From a virus, in the IMG/VR virus record IMGVR_UViG_3300005253_000051, positions 1-64,000 of that record: a stretch of DNA of 64,000 bases, one strand, 5' to 3'. This document shows positions 49,429 to 59,381 of the stretch, one piece after another (the stretch's first letter is position 1; each line of letters opens with the position of its first letter). The position numbers were made by a program, and so were the translations under genes. The notes under the pieces were generated by a model. That model made no database searches, was not told the origin of the DNA, and was given only the letters and a program-made list of their open reading frames with translations.

Positions 49429-49792
49429 GCTGTGTTTTCTCCAGCGGGATAGCGTTAATAGAGCCGAACTTGTCCACCAAGAATTTGCTAAGTGTGAGAC
49501 CAAAGCCGTCGCAGATGCTGCATTCGTAATCACCGCGGAGCAAAACTAATCCCCACCCATCCGGCATTGGAACCCGCACCAGCTTAAAATCACGCCTGAG
49601 AGGAAGGCTTATATCGATAGTTCTGTGTTGCTCGAACTCGAACAACATCACCACCCATCCATCGCTTTCGCCCTGCACTATGCGTATTCTAAAACCCATT
49701 TGGATTTGGTTTTTGAACACGCTGCGAGTCCAAGTCCACTCAGCATCAAAAAGAGCCTTGGCGAATTGCACTTGCAAATTGTCAGTGGTCAT
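49412..49792 (-). CDS. Hypothetical protein
   Basis: 126 aa between thyX and deaminase. Confidence 0.55.
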   Translation of the reverse strand: MTTDNLQVQFAKALFDAEWTWTRSVFKNQIQMGFRIRIVQGESDGWVVMLFEFEQHRTIDISLPLRRDFKLVRVPMPDGWGLVLLRGDYECSICDGFGLTLSKFLVDKFGSINAIPLEKTQHDQTN

Positions 49793-49797
49793 CCGAT

Positions 49798-50361
49798 CTA
49801 TCCTCCATGCTTAGTGCCACGGCCGTCGTTCTCGGCGATGTCGTGAAGGCCGCAGAAGCCACTGTCGTAGCGACCTTCGTTCGAGCACCCAGCCCTGATA
49901 CACAACAGGGGCAGGCGCATCTCGAATCGCAGCGGCATATGCCACAAGCCCGTCGAACTCCCTCGAAAGTAGTCGGCGACGAGCTGCGTGTTACGACTCT
50001 CGTAGTACTCGGCATAGACCACGCGCGCGATGCCTGCATTGACGATGCGCTTGGCGCAGTCGTAGCAGGGAATCACCGTGCAGTAGAGCGTGCAGCACTT
50101 CGCGCGGCCCCCGGCGTAGTCGAGCGCATTGGATTCTGCGTGCAAGGTGCGTACGCAGCTCATTCGGCCGTCGATCTCTTTCAGCTCGTGGCCGGCGTCG
50201 TCACAGTGCTCCATGCCCGCGGCAGAGCCGTTGTAGCCGGTGGCAACGATGCGATGATCAGGATCCACGATGACGGCGCCGACGTGTTTTCTATCACATG
50301 TCGCGCGTGTCGCCACGACATGCGCGAGCATCAGAAAGTACTGGTCCCAGTTGGGTCTCAT
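49798..50361 (-). CDS. dCMP deaminase family protein
   Basis: RP.WD.YF, R.TC.R..VGAVIV, TGYNG, HAE.NA, PC..C. Confidence 0.95.
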   Translation of the reverse strand: MRPNWDQYFLMLAHVVATRATCDRKHVGAVIVDPDHRIVATGYNGSAAGMEHCDDAGHELKEIDGRMSCVRTLHAESNALDYAGGRAKCCTLYCTVIPCYDCAKRIVNAGIARVVYAEYYESRNTQLVADYFRGSSTGLWHMPLRFEMRLPLLCIRAGCSNEGRYDSGFCGLHDIAENDGRGTKHGG

Positions 50362-50621
50362 TTGGTTTCCTTGCGCTTATCAAACAAGAGACGGATATCA
50401 TCGGCGATCTCGATGCTTCCGTTGTCGTAGAGAAAGCGCTGGAAGTGAATAGCCTCTTCGTTGTCCGTGAAGGACGCGACGGCATCAGAGATGATGAGGG
50501 CTCCTCCCTTAGCAATGACGTAACGGACAAGGCACCAACTTTCTGGGTATTCCTGGCAGTCGTCTTGCCACTCGATCTTGTAACTGATCTTCGCGTCCAT
50601 TTATCCTATCCTGGTAAAACA

Positions 50622-50677
50622 AGGAGCCCGGCCAATCGATGGCGACCAACCAGGGAATGAAAACTGGCCGGGCTCCT
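50622..50677. other. 13-bp-arm intergenic inverted repeat (possible RNA structure)
   Basis: AGGAGCCCGGCCA-N30-TGGCCGGGCTCCT. Confidence 0.5.
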
Positions 50678-51018
50678 CTCAAACCTTCTTGCTTTCGTAG
50701 TAGGTGTGACTACACCGATTGCAGCAAAAGTGCCGAGAGTTTGGGATGTACCTAATGACCCAGTTCAGGCCATCTCGAAAGCTTTTGTGTCGCTGTTCCA
50801 CCTCTACGACACCGACTTGCGTATCGACGCCAACCAGATCATCGATGATCTCGCGCGTGCCGCACCAGTCGCAAATCCCGAGCAGGTAGTGCCGGACATT
50901 GGCGGTTTTTCCACTGATACCAACCGGCGCCTTGGCTTGGGTGAGCAGGTCGAATATGACATTGGAGTGCTCGATGGTATGAGATGTCGAAAATGGTTTG
51001 ATCATGTTTTCCTCTCAA

Positions 51019-51333
51019 CTAGTTCGCAGTGCTTCGCACCACCTCTTGATGCTTCGCCGCGTTGTCTTTCCACTCATCGATCGCGCCCTGGATCATCTCG
51101 TCCAGACTTGGTTCACCGTCTCGAAAAATTCCGACCGCGTTCCACGCTTTCAAATCGCTCACGTTGAGTGAGTCGCGAACGCCAAGCGGGATAACGCAAC
51201 CACAGGCGTGAAGACCCCACGAGATTAGAGGCGTTGAAAAATAGGTGTCCTCTTCTTCCTCGTAGTAGTACGCGCGCCAGCCATCCGCCGGCAGAAGTTG
51301 AATCAGCTGAAGGTGTTTCTCGTCGTGGTTCAT
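51019..51333 (-). CDS. Hypothetical protein
   Basis: IQLLPADGWRA.Y...PL..W.L motif. Confidence 0.6.
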   Translation of the reverse strand: MNHDEKHLQLIQLLPADGWRAYYYEEEEDTYFSTPLISWGLHACGCVIPLGVRDSLNVSDLKAWNAVGIFRDGEPSLDEMIQGAIDEWKDNAAKHQEVVRSTAN

Positions 51334-51809
51334 TTTCCCCTTACCCAGTGAAGCCCTATACCGACGGAATCCCAGACGTTGTGGTGCAAACTCTTAGTTT
51401 TCGGTAGCTCCACGCGCCTTGTTTCGGCGGCCGTGAGCGCGCGTTGCGTGCGCTCAACGCTAACTTTTTTCGGAGTCTGCCCCTTCCACTCGCGAGGCAG
51501 CAGCAACTCTACATGGACCGACGGCCACTCGCGCTTGAAGTCGTTCGCGATGGCACCAACGACGACTGCAAGCGAGATCAAGTCGTTGGGATCGCCTTTT
51601 AGCAGGTGCTGCCGGTAGACCTGCGGTTTTTCAATCACGACGATATTGACGTCCATCGCCCAATCTAGAACCCAAGAAGTCGCATCACGTACGAGGCTGA
51701 GCCAGTCGCCGTTTTTCTTTATCAACGCCGCCCCGGCAAGTTCTGTCCCCGACCACGCTGCAATCCCGATCTCGTTGACGCCGGGGTCGATACTAACCGT
51801 ATGGATCAT
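51330..51809 (-). CDS. RuvC-like Holliday junction resolvase
   Basis: SIDPG...G.A, VVIE.P, P..WKG, HN..D..GIG. Confidence 0.85.
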   Translation of the reverse strand: MIHTVSIDPGVNEIGIAAWSGTELAGAALIKKNGDWLSLVRDATSWVLDWAMDVNIVVIEKPQVYRQHLLKGDPNDLISLAVVVGAIANDFKREWPSVHVELLLPREWKGQTPKKVSVERTQRALTAAETRRVELPKTKSLHHNVWDSVGIGLHWVRGK

Positions 51810-51966
51810 GGACAACCTCTGCTGGGTCAAGTTGTCGCAATGCAATGCGAACCAGACGCGAAAAACTCATGTGCCCATGACCTAACTTTTTGAGCGCGCG
51901 CATCTTTTGGTTCGCGGCTTTCAGGTCGCTTTCGTACAGCGAAATTGTAACAGTTTTGCGTGACAC
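51793..51966 (-). CDS. 57-aa ribbon-helix-helix protein (not in ORF track)
   Basis: Manual translation MSRKTVTISLYESDLKAANQKMRALKKLGHGHMSFSRLVRIALRQLDPAEVVHDPYG. Confidence 0.7.
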   Translation of the reverse strand: MSRKTVTISLYESDLKAANQKMRALKKLGHGHMSFSRLVRIALRQLDPAEVVHDPYG

Positions 51967-51978
51967 TGGTGTGACACG

Positions 51979-52007
51979 AGTATGAACACGGAAAGCGCAG
52001 GTGTCAA
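51979..52007 (-). promoter_or_regulatory. Sigma70 promoter with GTGTCAC repeats downstream
   Basis: TTGACA-N17-CATACT. Confidence 0.7.
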
Positions 52008-52229
52008 CCGTTCAATGCTTTTTGCGCCTCAATATAGGCATTCAACATGTCGCGCAAGTCACGAACCCCTTCTGGAGAAAGGAGGACGCCCCTATCTATG
52101 ACTAGATTGTCGCTAAACCCTATCGATACGACATCAACCCCTTCTGGGTGTGCAATAGTCACGCGGCCCATGCCTTTCTCTAAGCATCTCGGACCGGGAA
52201 TGCTGCATTCCAAAATGAATTTTTGATTT

Positions 52230-54431
52230 TCAATTGCCATCGTCGTGCACCCACTTTGTTTTTTCTTCGCCTTCTACGTTCATGTACTTCTCGGGCCTAC
52301 TCGGTAGCAAGATCCCGTTTTCGATCACTGGCTTTCCGCCCTTGTACCAGCGCCGGTGCATCGTCGCCGATGCGCTGATCGGCACGTCGGGGCACCACTT
52401 CCGCATGACCTCTTCCATGATCGCTTGCAGTCGATACGCAGCATCTGATGCCCGCTGGCCGGTGTAGGGATTCTCGGCGCCGATCTCGTCGTGGGCGAAC
52501 AGCCACGGGCGGCACCCGTACAGCGCTGAGTCTTCGCCGGCCGCCGTCTTGCCGGTGTAGCACTCGCGCGCGACTTCGTAGCCGGCTTCCTTGGCGCCCA
52601 TCGCCGCCAAGTGCTGAAAGAAGCCGTTGCAGATCGCCGTGTAGCGAACTTGACCGCGAACCATCCCAGAGCGAACGAACTCGATGTGCTTGGCTTCGTT
52701 TTCTTGACCGACGAGCGCACCACAATATCGGAAGTAGTCGTGCATCTCGCGCCACTTGGCACGAAACCCTTGGTGCAGTTTGCAGGCGTGATCGAAGGTT
52801 ACCTCGATGCCGTAGCCCTTGGCGTAGCTCACGAATGCATGCGGTCCCATACCACCGGCAAATCCGTAGTTCGCGATTTTGCAGTACTGCCGGACGCCGT
52901 TGTCACCTGCGATCTCGGGGTCGCCGTCTTTGTAGCGGCGCAGGACTTCATCGTACGAGATCTCTAGCGTGTCGGCCGCCATCGCCAGGTGAAAATCTTG
53001 GCCGGCGCGCGCTGCGTCGGCGATGTAGCTGTAGCCGAATAGGTCAAGACAAACCTGCGCTAACGTGAGCATTTCCAACGTGTCGTAGTCACAGAACATG
53101 AACACGAAGCCGAGCCGCGCGACGAAGCACTCACGCACGCCGCCCGCGCGTGGTGGATTTTGCAGGTTGGGCTTGCCGCATGAGGTGCGCAGCGTCTCTA
53201 GGATCGGGTTGTAGCGGCAGTTGATCGGAACTTCGATCCCGAGTTCAAGCGCGGGCACGTATGTGCTGAGCACCTTGCCGATGCGCACGCACTCAGATAC
53301 GGCGTGAAGCCCATCGTCGTCGCTGTTGATGAGCACGTCGCGCTCCGTACAAACCTGTTTCGTCTTCGTGAGCTTGACCCTCTTGCTTTGTCGCTCACAG
53401 CTGTCCACGACGGCCGCCTTGATCTTTTTCATGTCGCGCGTGCCGACCGCGCGCATGTAGCCGTACTCCTTCGCGATGATTTCTTGCTCTGCGTAGTCGC
53501 CTTTGAGTAAACGCTTTAGCTCCTCGACGCCTCCGCGATCTGTGCGCACGCCCCACGTACTCATCAGCGCAAGAAACCAGTGCGCCTTGGCTTGGTAGAT
53601 CTCACCTGGGATCCCCTCGGGCGCAACGATCAACTCCTGACTGTCGTGGACGCCGAGGTTGTCCACCGAGTCGCCGATGGCGTAGTCGAGCGCATCTTGC
53701 GGCCACTCATCAAGAGGCACGCCGTCTAGCTCGTTGTAATGCAACCGCCAAGTGTCCTCGCCTTTCTGGATGATCTTGCCCAAGTGACGAAGCACGAGAT
53801 TTTGCAGAGAGAAATTCTGCTTCTTCATCTCGCCCAGTTCGTTCTCGACGAACTTTAGCTCGCCGTTGGCGTTGTCGATCAACATCTGGCGTAACTGGAC
53901 GCACCGGATGCGGCCTTCGTCGAGCGCCTTGAACACGAGCGGAATGAGCGTCTCGTCTTCAGCGCAGAGTACAACTAAGTCGAAGCCGATGAAGTTGGCC
54001 CCTGTGAGAATCGCATCGCCCGACAATAGTTCCCGTGCGCGCTCGATGGCTTCATCACGAAGCAAAATCGAGCCGTCGCCCTCGGTCCAGCAAACGAGCT
54101 TGGGCGCGGGCATGCCGGGCTTGATGAGGTGCGTCTCGGTGTCGGCGGAGATGACCTTCATCGATGGTTCCTTTTCGCTGGTCTGCCATACGATGGCAGC
54201 TCGATTCGATCGCGTTGGTCGTCGATACCCGGAATCGAAAACCCAACCCATCTGAGCTAGTTCTCGAATACGCGCCGAAGCCGTTTGATGCTTCAAGTCG
54301 AGATCGACCTCGATCTCGTCACACGTTCGACCATTACGATCACGGATGCGATCGCGAATCTGGTGGTGAAGCCTGCTGATATGCGGCTCCATCGATGATA
54401 CCGCCGCGAGCGACGTCTCTTGATAGCTCAT
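52230..54431 (-). CDS. polA: Family A DNA polymerase with in-frame N-terminal wHTH
   Basis: Exo I DTET, PNLQNPP, motif A CDYDTLE, motif B R...KIANYG, motif C HDE, second possible start at 54161. Confidence 0.93.
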   Translation of the reverse strand: MSYQETSLAAVSSMEPHISRLHHQIRDRIRDRNGRTCDEIEVDLDLKHQTASARIRELAQMGWVFDSGYRRPTRSNRAAIVWQTSEKEPSMKVISADTETHLIKPGMPAPKLVCWTEGDGSILLRDEAIERARELLSGDAILTGANFIGFDLVVLCAEDETLIPLVFKALDEGRIRCVQLRQMLIDNANGELKFVENELGEMKKQNFSLQNLVLRHLGKIIQKGEDTWRLHYNELDGVPLDEWPQDALDYAIGDSVDNLGVHDSQELIVAPEGIPGEIYQAKAHWFLALMSTWGVRTDRGGVEELKRLLKGDYAEQEIIAKEYGYMRAVGTRDMKKIKAAVVDSCERQSKRVKLTKTKQVCTERDVLINSDDDGLHAVSECVRIGKVLSTYVPALELGIEVPINCRYNPILETLRTSCGKPNLQNPPRAGGVRECFVARLGFVFMFCDYDTLEMLTLAQVCLDLFGYSYIADAARAGQDFHLAMAADTLEISYDEVLRRYKDGDPEIAGDNGVRQYCKIANYGFAGGMGPHAFVSYAKGYGIEVTFDHACKLHQGFRAKWREMHDYFRYCGALVGQENEAKHIEFVRSGMVRGQVRYTAICNGFFQHLAAMGAKEAGYEVARECYTGKTAAGEDSALYGCRPWLFAHDEIGAENPYTGQRASDAAYRLQAIMEEVMRKWCPDVPISASATMHRRWYKGGKPVIENGILLPSRPEKYMNVEGEEKTKWVHDDGN

Positions 54432-54520
54432 TAGCTCCCCCGAACCCATGATCAAAAAATCAGCGCGACGCCCACCCGCCCGGCGAAGGAGAGCAGGCGT
54501 CACGCTAATTGGGAGCCGAA

Positions 54521-55054
54521 CTAGCTCGCGGCCTGTGCGGCCTGTGCAACCTGCGTGGCCTGCGCGACCTTCGCCACTTGAATCTTGGTGCGCGCCTCTT
54601 CGGACGTCATCCACCGGTGCCGCGTGAACGGATTACCAGCCTTGGTGTCCTTGTTGTAGGCGTAGACGCCCATGACCAAACCAGCCAGAGGGTTGTTCTC
54701 GCCCACGACTTCGTCGGCGATGTCTTCGTCCATCTCGACGTCTTCAGCGCTCGGTGGAAGGCCGTCTACCTCAGCATCACGACCCTGAATCCACAGGCCC
54801 ATGCGCATGAAGTCTGCGATGTTACCCAGAGCTGGATCCTTGTCCAACGTGACCATCATTTCGCCCGGCGCCCCCGGTCTCATCTTGTCGCTGTCGGTCT
54901 CCCTGATCAGGCACTCGACGACGAAGAAATCGACGTTCTTGCGCGTCTTGCCCGTCTTGCAACGCTGAATTTCGACGACGTAGTGCGCGTCTGGGATGAA
55001 ATAGTGGCCACCCATGGTACTGCGCTGGCCCTTGATATCTCCGAAAAGTCCCAT
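54521..55054 (-). CDS. Putative ssDNA-binding/replication protein
   Basis: Position between PolA and helicase, GG.YF, K.G.PFTRH.W. Confidence 0.55.
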   Translation of the reverse strand: MGLFGDIKGQRSTMGGHYFIPDAHYVVEIQRCKTGKTRKNVDFFVVECLIRETDSDKMRPGAPGEMMVTLDKDPALGNIADFMRMGLWIQGRDAEVDGLPPSAEDVEMDEDIADEVVGENNPLAGLVMGVYAYNKDTKAGNPFTRHRWMTSEEARTKIQVAKVAQATQVAQAAQAAS

Positions 55055-55133
55055 TTCTCTTTCTCTTTCTCGGCCGAAGCCGTTCATTTTCGGGCCCCGT
55101 AGGGCCGCTTCCTTTGCGCGCTACAGTAGCACG

Positions 55134-55298
55134 CTACGAGCGATCTAGTTCCACGAATACGACGAAGAACTCGAACCAATCTGGTTCTTCATTTGTCGTC
55201 GGAAACGCATCGGCTGCTTGCTTTTCGCCGTCTGTCCAGTAGGTTGAAAACCTGTCTACGTCGTCTTTCAATCGCTTGATGAACTCTTCCCTAGTCAT
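55134..55298 (-). CDS. 54-aa acidic hypothetical protein (not in ORF track)
   Basis: Manual translation MTREEFIKRLKDDVDRFSTYW...WFEFF. Confidence 0.55.
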   Translation of the reverse strand: MTREEFIKRLKDDVDRFSTYWTDGEKQAADAFPTTNEEPDWFEFFVVFVELDRS

Positions 55299-55322
55299 CT
55301 TCAAATCCTTGTCGCGTAGAGA

Positions 55323-55517
55323 TCAATTATTTTCGTCGGGGCGTCCCTGATGTGCGATCGCCGGACGATCGCATACGCTGAGTGCTTCGTTGATCTGTTT
55401 CAAAGTCCAGTTGTTGTCACGTGCTTTAGCAATGACCTCGACGTGTTCAACGTCCACGGGACCCTTGTCATCCGTGTAAATGGTGATGACCAGTGCTCTG
55501 TTTGAATCATCAATCAT
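55323..55517 (-). CDS. Small hypothetical protein flanked by 24-bp direct repeats
   Basis: TCATCTTCAAATCCTTGTCGCGTA at 55295 and 55514. Confidence 0.55.
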   Translation of the reverse strand: MIDDSNRALVITIYTDDKGPVDVEHVEVIAKARDNNWTLKQINEALSVCDRPAIAHQGRPDENN

Positions 55518-55519
55518 CT

Positions 55520-57160
55520 TCAAATCCTTGTCGCGTAAAGCACTTTCTGAACGTGCCCCTTGGTCTGCTGGATGAACTCGGCGTCCTCGATAATCGAGCC
55601 CATCGACGCCGCCAGCTCCGATGTGTGACCAAACCAGTCGATCGTCACTTCGTCCGCCATTTGCCCCGGTCGGTGCGTACGCCCGGCGACCTGCTCGAAC
55701 ACCTGCCCGCTGCCTGGCAACGTCGTAAGCAAGTTGCGGCTGTAGTGCTGTAGATTTTTGCCCGTGCCCTGCGCCTTGACGCTGCAAATGATCACTGGAT
55801 CACGAGCAAGATCTGCGTCGGTGCCCGCGCCGTAGTGCGGCCACCTGGTTTTTTTGGCGATGCGCTCGCCGAGGGCCTTGTGCTGGTACCAGATGATGCC
55901 GCCGTCTTTTTGGCCCCACTGGATCGCGGCATTGACGATGAAAGGGTCTTTCCACACCGGTACCGTCGGCGGCACAGGACGATCTCTCACCGCTGCCCAA
56001 GGTGCCCAAGACGGCACATTGATCCTGCCAGCCTTCGCGGCCAGGTAGACGAGCAAGGGACTATCCAGACCCTTTCTGGAACGCTTGAGAATGTCTCGCA
56101 CATCACAATTCCAATTCTTCCGCGCTTCGAGCCACTCGAAATCCGGCTTTCCATCGGGCCAATCCCAGCGCAGGTAGAACCCACACGCGAGCTGGCGCAT
56201 CACACGCGATAGCGCCAACGGACTGTCAAACTCATCCCCCTCGATCGACCACGTAGCCTTGGTGATCTGGCGTAGTTCTTCGATAACCGCGGGTACCTGC
56301 GGAATGAGTTTCTGGATCACGAGGCTCGTGCCAATCATGTTCTTTTTGCCGGCCACCACGCCGGGCGTCTCGACGAATCGGCGGCGATACCCGTCGCGAA
56401 CACCCTCACCATTGGAGCAGAATTGCTTGAGCACACCGGGGCGCATGCGGTAGTCGGGCTTAACATCGATCGCTCCGGCCCAGTCCATGATCTCTCGGTA
56501 GCCGCGGGGAAGAGGCGAGTTTTTTCTGAGCGCCAACTCCACAAGATGCGCGCTCTCGATGATGCTCCGATTTTCCATCGTTCCCGAGAGCATGACGAAC
56601 CGACAGCCGGGATTCTCGGCCATGTACCGCCGAAACCGTTTGGTACGCGCCGACTGTAAACGCTTGAGCAAATGCGCCTCGTCCGCGATGATTAGATCGG
56701 GTTTGATCTCGTCCAAGATCTCAGCCGATTTGGCCGACGACAGTTCGGTGTACTTCACGATATGCAGGCGATCGAGCGGCAAATCGAAGTACCGGCCGTA
56801 GACTTCATCGATCTCGCGCAGTGTTTTTTCCTTGAGCCTCGGAGGAACGAGCAGCACTGCGCAGTCGCTGTCCATCGCGGTGGGTAGCGCGAGAGAGATG
56901 AGCGTTTTTCCCGATCCAACGCCGATATCCCCCACTAAACCGTCGGCAGTCGCCGCTTCGATCAACGCCGCAGATTGGAGCGGCCAAAAACGCATCGCGT
57001 CTGAAGGAGCGTTGGGCCGCAGAAACATGCACGTCACGTCGAGAACAGCCTCAAGATCGAGCACGCGCCTCGGCAACGCTGAAATGCGCTTGAACTCTAC
57101 TGAGTTCGTGACGACGCCGATGGCGCCGTTGATGTCGGCAAATCGGCCCATACGAAACAC
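55520..57160 (-). CDS. SF2 (SNF2-like) helicase
   Basis: GVGSGKT, DEAH, LSGT, GTGKNLQ, EQ..GRTHRPGQ. Confidence 0.93.
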   Translation of the reverse strand: MFRMGRFADINGAIGVVTNSVEFKRISALPRRVLDLEAVLDVTCMFLRPNAPSDAMRFWPLQSAALIEAATADGLVGDIGVGSGKTLISLALPTAMDSDCAVLLVPPRLKEKTLREIDEVYGRYFDLPLDRLHIVKYTELSSAKSAEILDEIKPDLIIADEAHLLKRLQSARTKRFRRYMAENPGCRFVMLSGTMENRSIIESAHLVELALRKNSPLPRGYREIMDWAGAIDVKPDYRMRPGVLKQFCSNGEGVRDGYRRRFVETPGVVAGKKNMIGTSLVIQKLIPQVPAVIEELRQITKATWSIEGDEFDSPLALSRVMRQLACGFYLRWDWPDGKPDFEWLEARKNWNCDVRDILKRSRKGLDSPLLVYLAAKAGRINVPSWAPWAAVRDRPVPPTVPVWKDPFIVNAAIQWGQKDGGIIWYQHKALGERIAKKTRWPHYGAGTDADLARDPVIICSVKAQGTGKNLQHYSRNLLTTLPGSGQVFEQVAGRTHRPGQMADEVTIDWFGHTSELAASMGSIIEDAEFIQQTKGHVQKVLYATRI

Positions 57161-57367
57161 TCATTTTTGTTCGATAGCTGCTGCAATTTCCCGAAGAGCT
57201 GATGCTATATCGGCACTCCCTTCTTTAATTGAAACAGCGAGAAATTCTATAGCACCCATAGCAGGAGTAGTTGCATCCCCCACACCTAACCACTTTAGTT
57301 GTGAGGCAATGTTTTCCAGAGCACTAACAAACTCAGGAGCATAATCAAGTCCACTGAACTCACCCAT
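57161..57367 (-). CDS. Small hypothetical protein
   Basis: Lower GC, LG.GDA.T.MGAIE motif. Confidence 0.6.
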   Translation of the reverse strand: MGEFSGLDYAPEFVSALENIASQLKWLGVGDATTPAMGAIEFLAVSIKEGSADIASALREIAAAIEQK

Positions 57368-57717
57368 CAGAAAACCGCTCGCACGATCTCGATGGCGACA
57401 TTATTCAGAGACTCCTGCGGAGGTGCCCCCTCATAGGCATCCACAAGAATAGCCTCAATCGCTAAACAGCCGTCATCGATGATCACGGAAGGAAACCGCC
57501 AAACCACATCGGATTCCCCAAACACGGCGAGGAACGAAGCGAAGATGTGAACGGGATCTTTCCAAATGAACTTCACAACATTAGGAGCGGTCCACCACAA
57601 AGCAGCCTTTCGATAGAGTTCGAGATCATCTTCTGCTCGCACACTAAAAATTTTCTCTAGATCAATCACGTACCTGCGCCGGATCTCGTGATCGGTATAA
57701 TCTCGTTTTTCCCCCAT
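57367..57717 (-). CDS. Hypothetical protein ending like the upstream nuclease (EIVRAVF)
   Basis: Start MGEKRD, 27/29-bp junction duplication. Confidence 0.6.
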   Translation of the reverse strand: MGEKRDYTDHEIRRRYVIDLEKIFSVRAEDDLELYRKAALWWTAPNVVKFIWKDPVHIFASFLAVFGESDVVWRFPSVIIDDGCLAIEAILVDAYEGAPPQESLNNVAIEIVRAVF

Positions 57718-59381
57718 CAGAAAACGGCCCGCACGATCTCGGACGCCAACGGGATCAACGCCGACAACGCATCCTGAGCGCCGAGTGATTTGGATCGCAC
57801 GACCATGACCGAAGGAAGACGCCCGGCGTCGCTCTGCGCTTTGATCGAGATGACCACAGCTGCTTTTTCTTGGGCATATGGCAAGAGGCGATAGTCCGGC
57901 AGACTGGCCTCTTCGGCGATCTTGTCGGCCACGCTCGAAAACCAATCCTCGAACAGCGTGTATTCGGTGTTCCGTGTCGGCATGCAATCGACGTACAGAA
58001 TCAGGGCGGGTTCAGCAGTCTCCCCTGATTTCACGCACGCCTCAGCCATAAGGACCTGCATCTTTAATGCTGCAATCTCCTCTTTCGCTTCCGTAAGAGC
58101 TTTCCACTCCTCGGGTGGATGATAATCCGGGTGTCCCGGTCGATCCCGAGGAGATGGAACTCCACCCTGAACAGACACCCTGGCCATCGCCCTGGTCATA
58201 GCTTGCTCTTCGGTAAGATCGTGCCAGGCTGTCACCGGTACTTCAAGACCCTCTGCGACGGCTAGCGCCCGTGCCTCTCCCTCAGCCTTCCGCAGCTTCT
58301 CCCTGTCGCGCTCGATCTTGCGCAGCGCCTTTTCCGCCGCGGTCATCTTCTTGCGCCCAGGTTTGCCCTTGGTCGCTTCTTGAATCTGCACGGCTTCCTC
58401 GGGCGTCGTGGTACGTGGGGGTGCATCCGGGGCCAACACACCCGTGGGGACTGGCGTCGGCTCGGGCGCCGGTGGCGCAGGCACCGGGGCGACGGTCATA
58501 GGCGGTGGGCCCGGCAGAGCAGGCACCAAGGCGACGGCAGCAGTCGGCGGGACCGGAAGTGTGGGCGTCGGGGCCGGAAGCGTGGGCGCCGTGCCGACTC
58601 CGTTGCCGGCTCTCATCTCCGCTTGCTTCTTCCGTAGGTCGGTCAAAAACGACATGTTCACTTTTCCTTTGGTTCCGAGTTGCTTGAACGGTGACGGGAC
58701 GATGACTCCACAGCGCGCTCGATGAGGACACCCGCCGTACATGCTGCACGCTGTGATAGTGGGTTTGGTTTGCATGACCTCGGTGCATTTAGCCACTTCG
58801 ATCATTTTTTCGACGATGACAAGACGCTTGTTCCACTCCGCTCGGACGTGTTCACGATCGACGATCGTCTTGACGGGTTTGATGAGTGGCGTCTTGCGCC
58901 GCGTGTGAATGTACGTATGGCCTAATTCGATCTCGCCGACGTAGCCTTCCTGGTAACACCACTCGGCGTAGCTGATGAGTTGTGTGTTCTTCGAAAGCTC
59001 GTCCGGTGTCTTGGCATATCGAAAATCACTCGTGCTCTTGTAGTCGCGCACGCGCATCGGCGCGCTCTCGTATTCGATCAAATCAACGTAGCCGATCCAC
59101 GGAAGATCGCCAACTGTTGAAAGCTGAATTTTCAGCTCTACGAAACAATTGATATCCGGCGTCGGAAGGTACGGCTTGAGCGCTATGACGAATTTTTTGA
59201 ACTCGTCGTCGCGGATCCAGCCGTAGAGCAAGTAGTGCTCGATAGCTCCGTGAATGTCGGACCCGAGCTGCATGGCTCGGCTCTTGGGCGAACGAAATCC
59301 TGCAACCCGCTCGAACCACCAGAGCCTCTCACACCTCTCGAATGTTGTGACCTGTGATGCGCTAACATTTTTCAGCTTCAC
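57717..59381 (-). CDS. PD-(D/E)XK RecB/Cas4-like nuclease with Pro-rich C-terminal extension
   Basis: SASQ...F.RC, G..IH, GYVDL, DYKST, QL..YA, C..YGGCP....C. Confidence 0.9.
   Translation of the reverse strand: MKLKNVSASQVTTFERCERLWWFERVAGFRSPKSRAMQLGSDIHGAIEHYLLYGWIRDDEFKKFVIALKPYLPTPDINCFVELKIQLSTVGDLPWIGYVDLIEYESAPMRVRDYKSTSDFRYAKTPDELSKNTQLISYAEWCYQEGYVGEIELGHTYIHTRRKTPLIKPVKTIVDREHVRAEWNKRLVIVEKMIEVAKCTEVMQTKPTITACSMYGGCPHRARCGVIVPSPFKQLGTKGKVNMSFLTDLRKKQAEMRAGNGVGTAPTLPAPTPTLPVPPTAAVALVPALPGPPPMTVAPVPAPPAPEPTPVPTGVLAPDAPPRTTTPEEAVQIQEATKGKPGRKKMTAAEKALRKIERDREKLRKAEGEARALAVAEGLEVPVTAWHDLTEEQAMTRAMARVSVQGGVPSPRDRPGHPDYHPPEEWKALTEAKEEIAALKMQVLMAEACVKSGETAEPALILYVDCMPTRNTEYTLFEDWFSSVADKIAEEASLPDYRLLPYAQEKAAVVISIKAQSDAGRLPSVMVVRSKSLGAQDALSALIPLASEIVRAVF

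Noticed and set aside
22829-54431. 2-aminoadenine (Z) genome pathway
   Set aside because: HD and DUF5664 hydrolases are present but no PurZ is in the window, and a Dam-like methylase implies ordinary adenine
57717-59381. Cas4 as part of the CRISPR system
   Set aside because: 30 kb from the array, inside the replication operon, typical phage PD-(D/E)XK exonuclease
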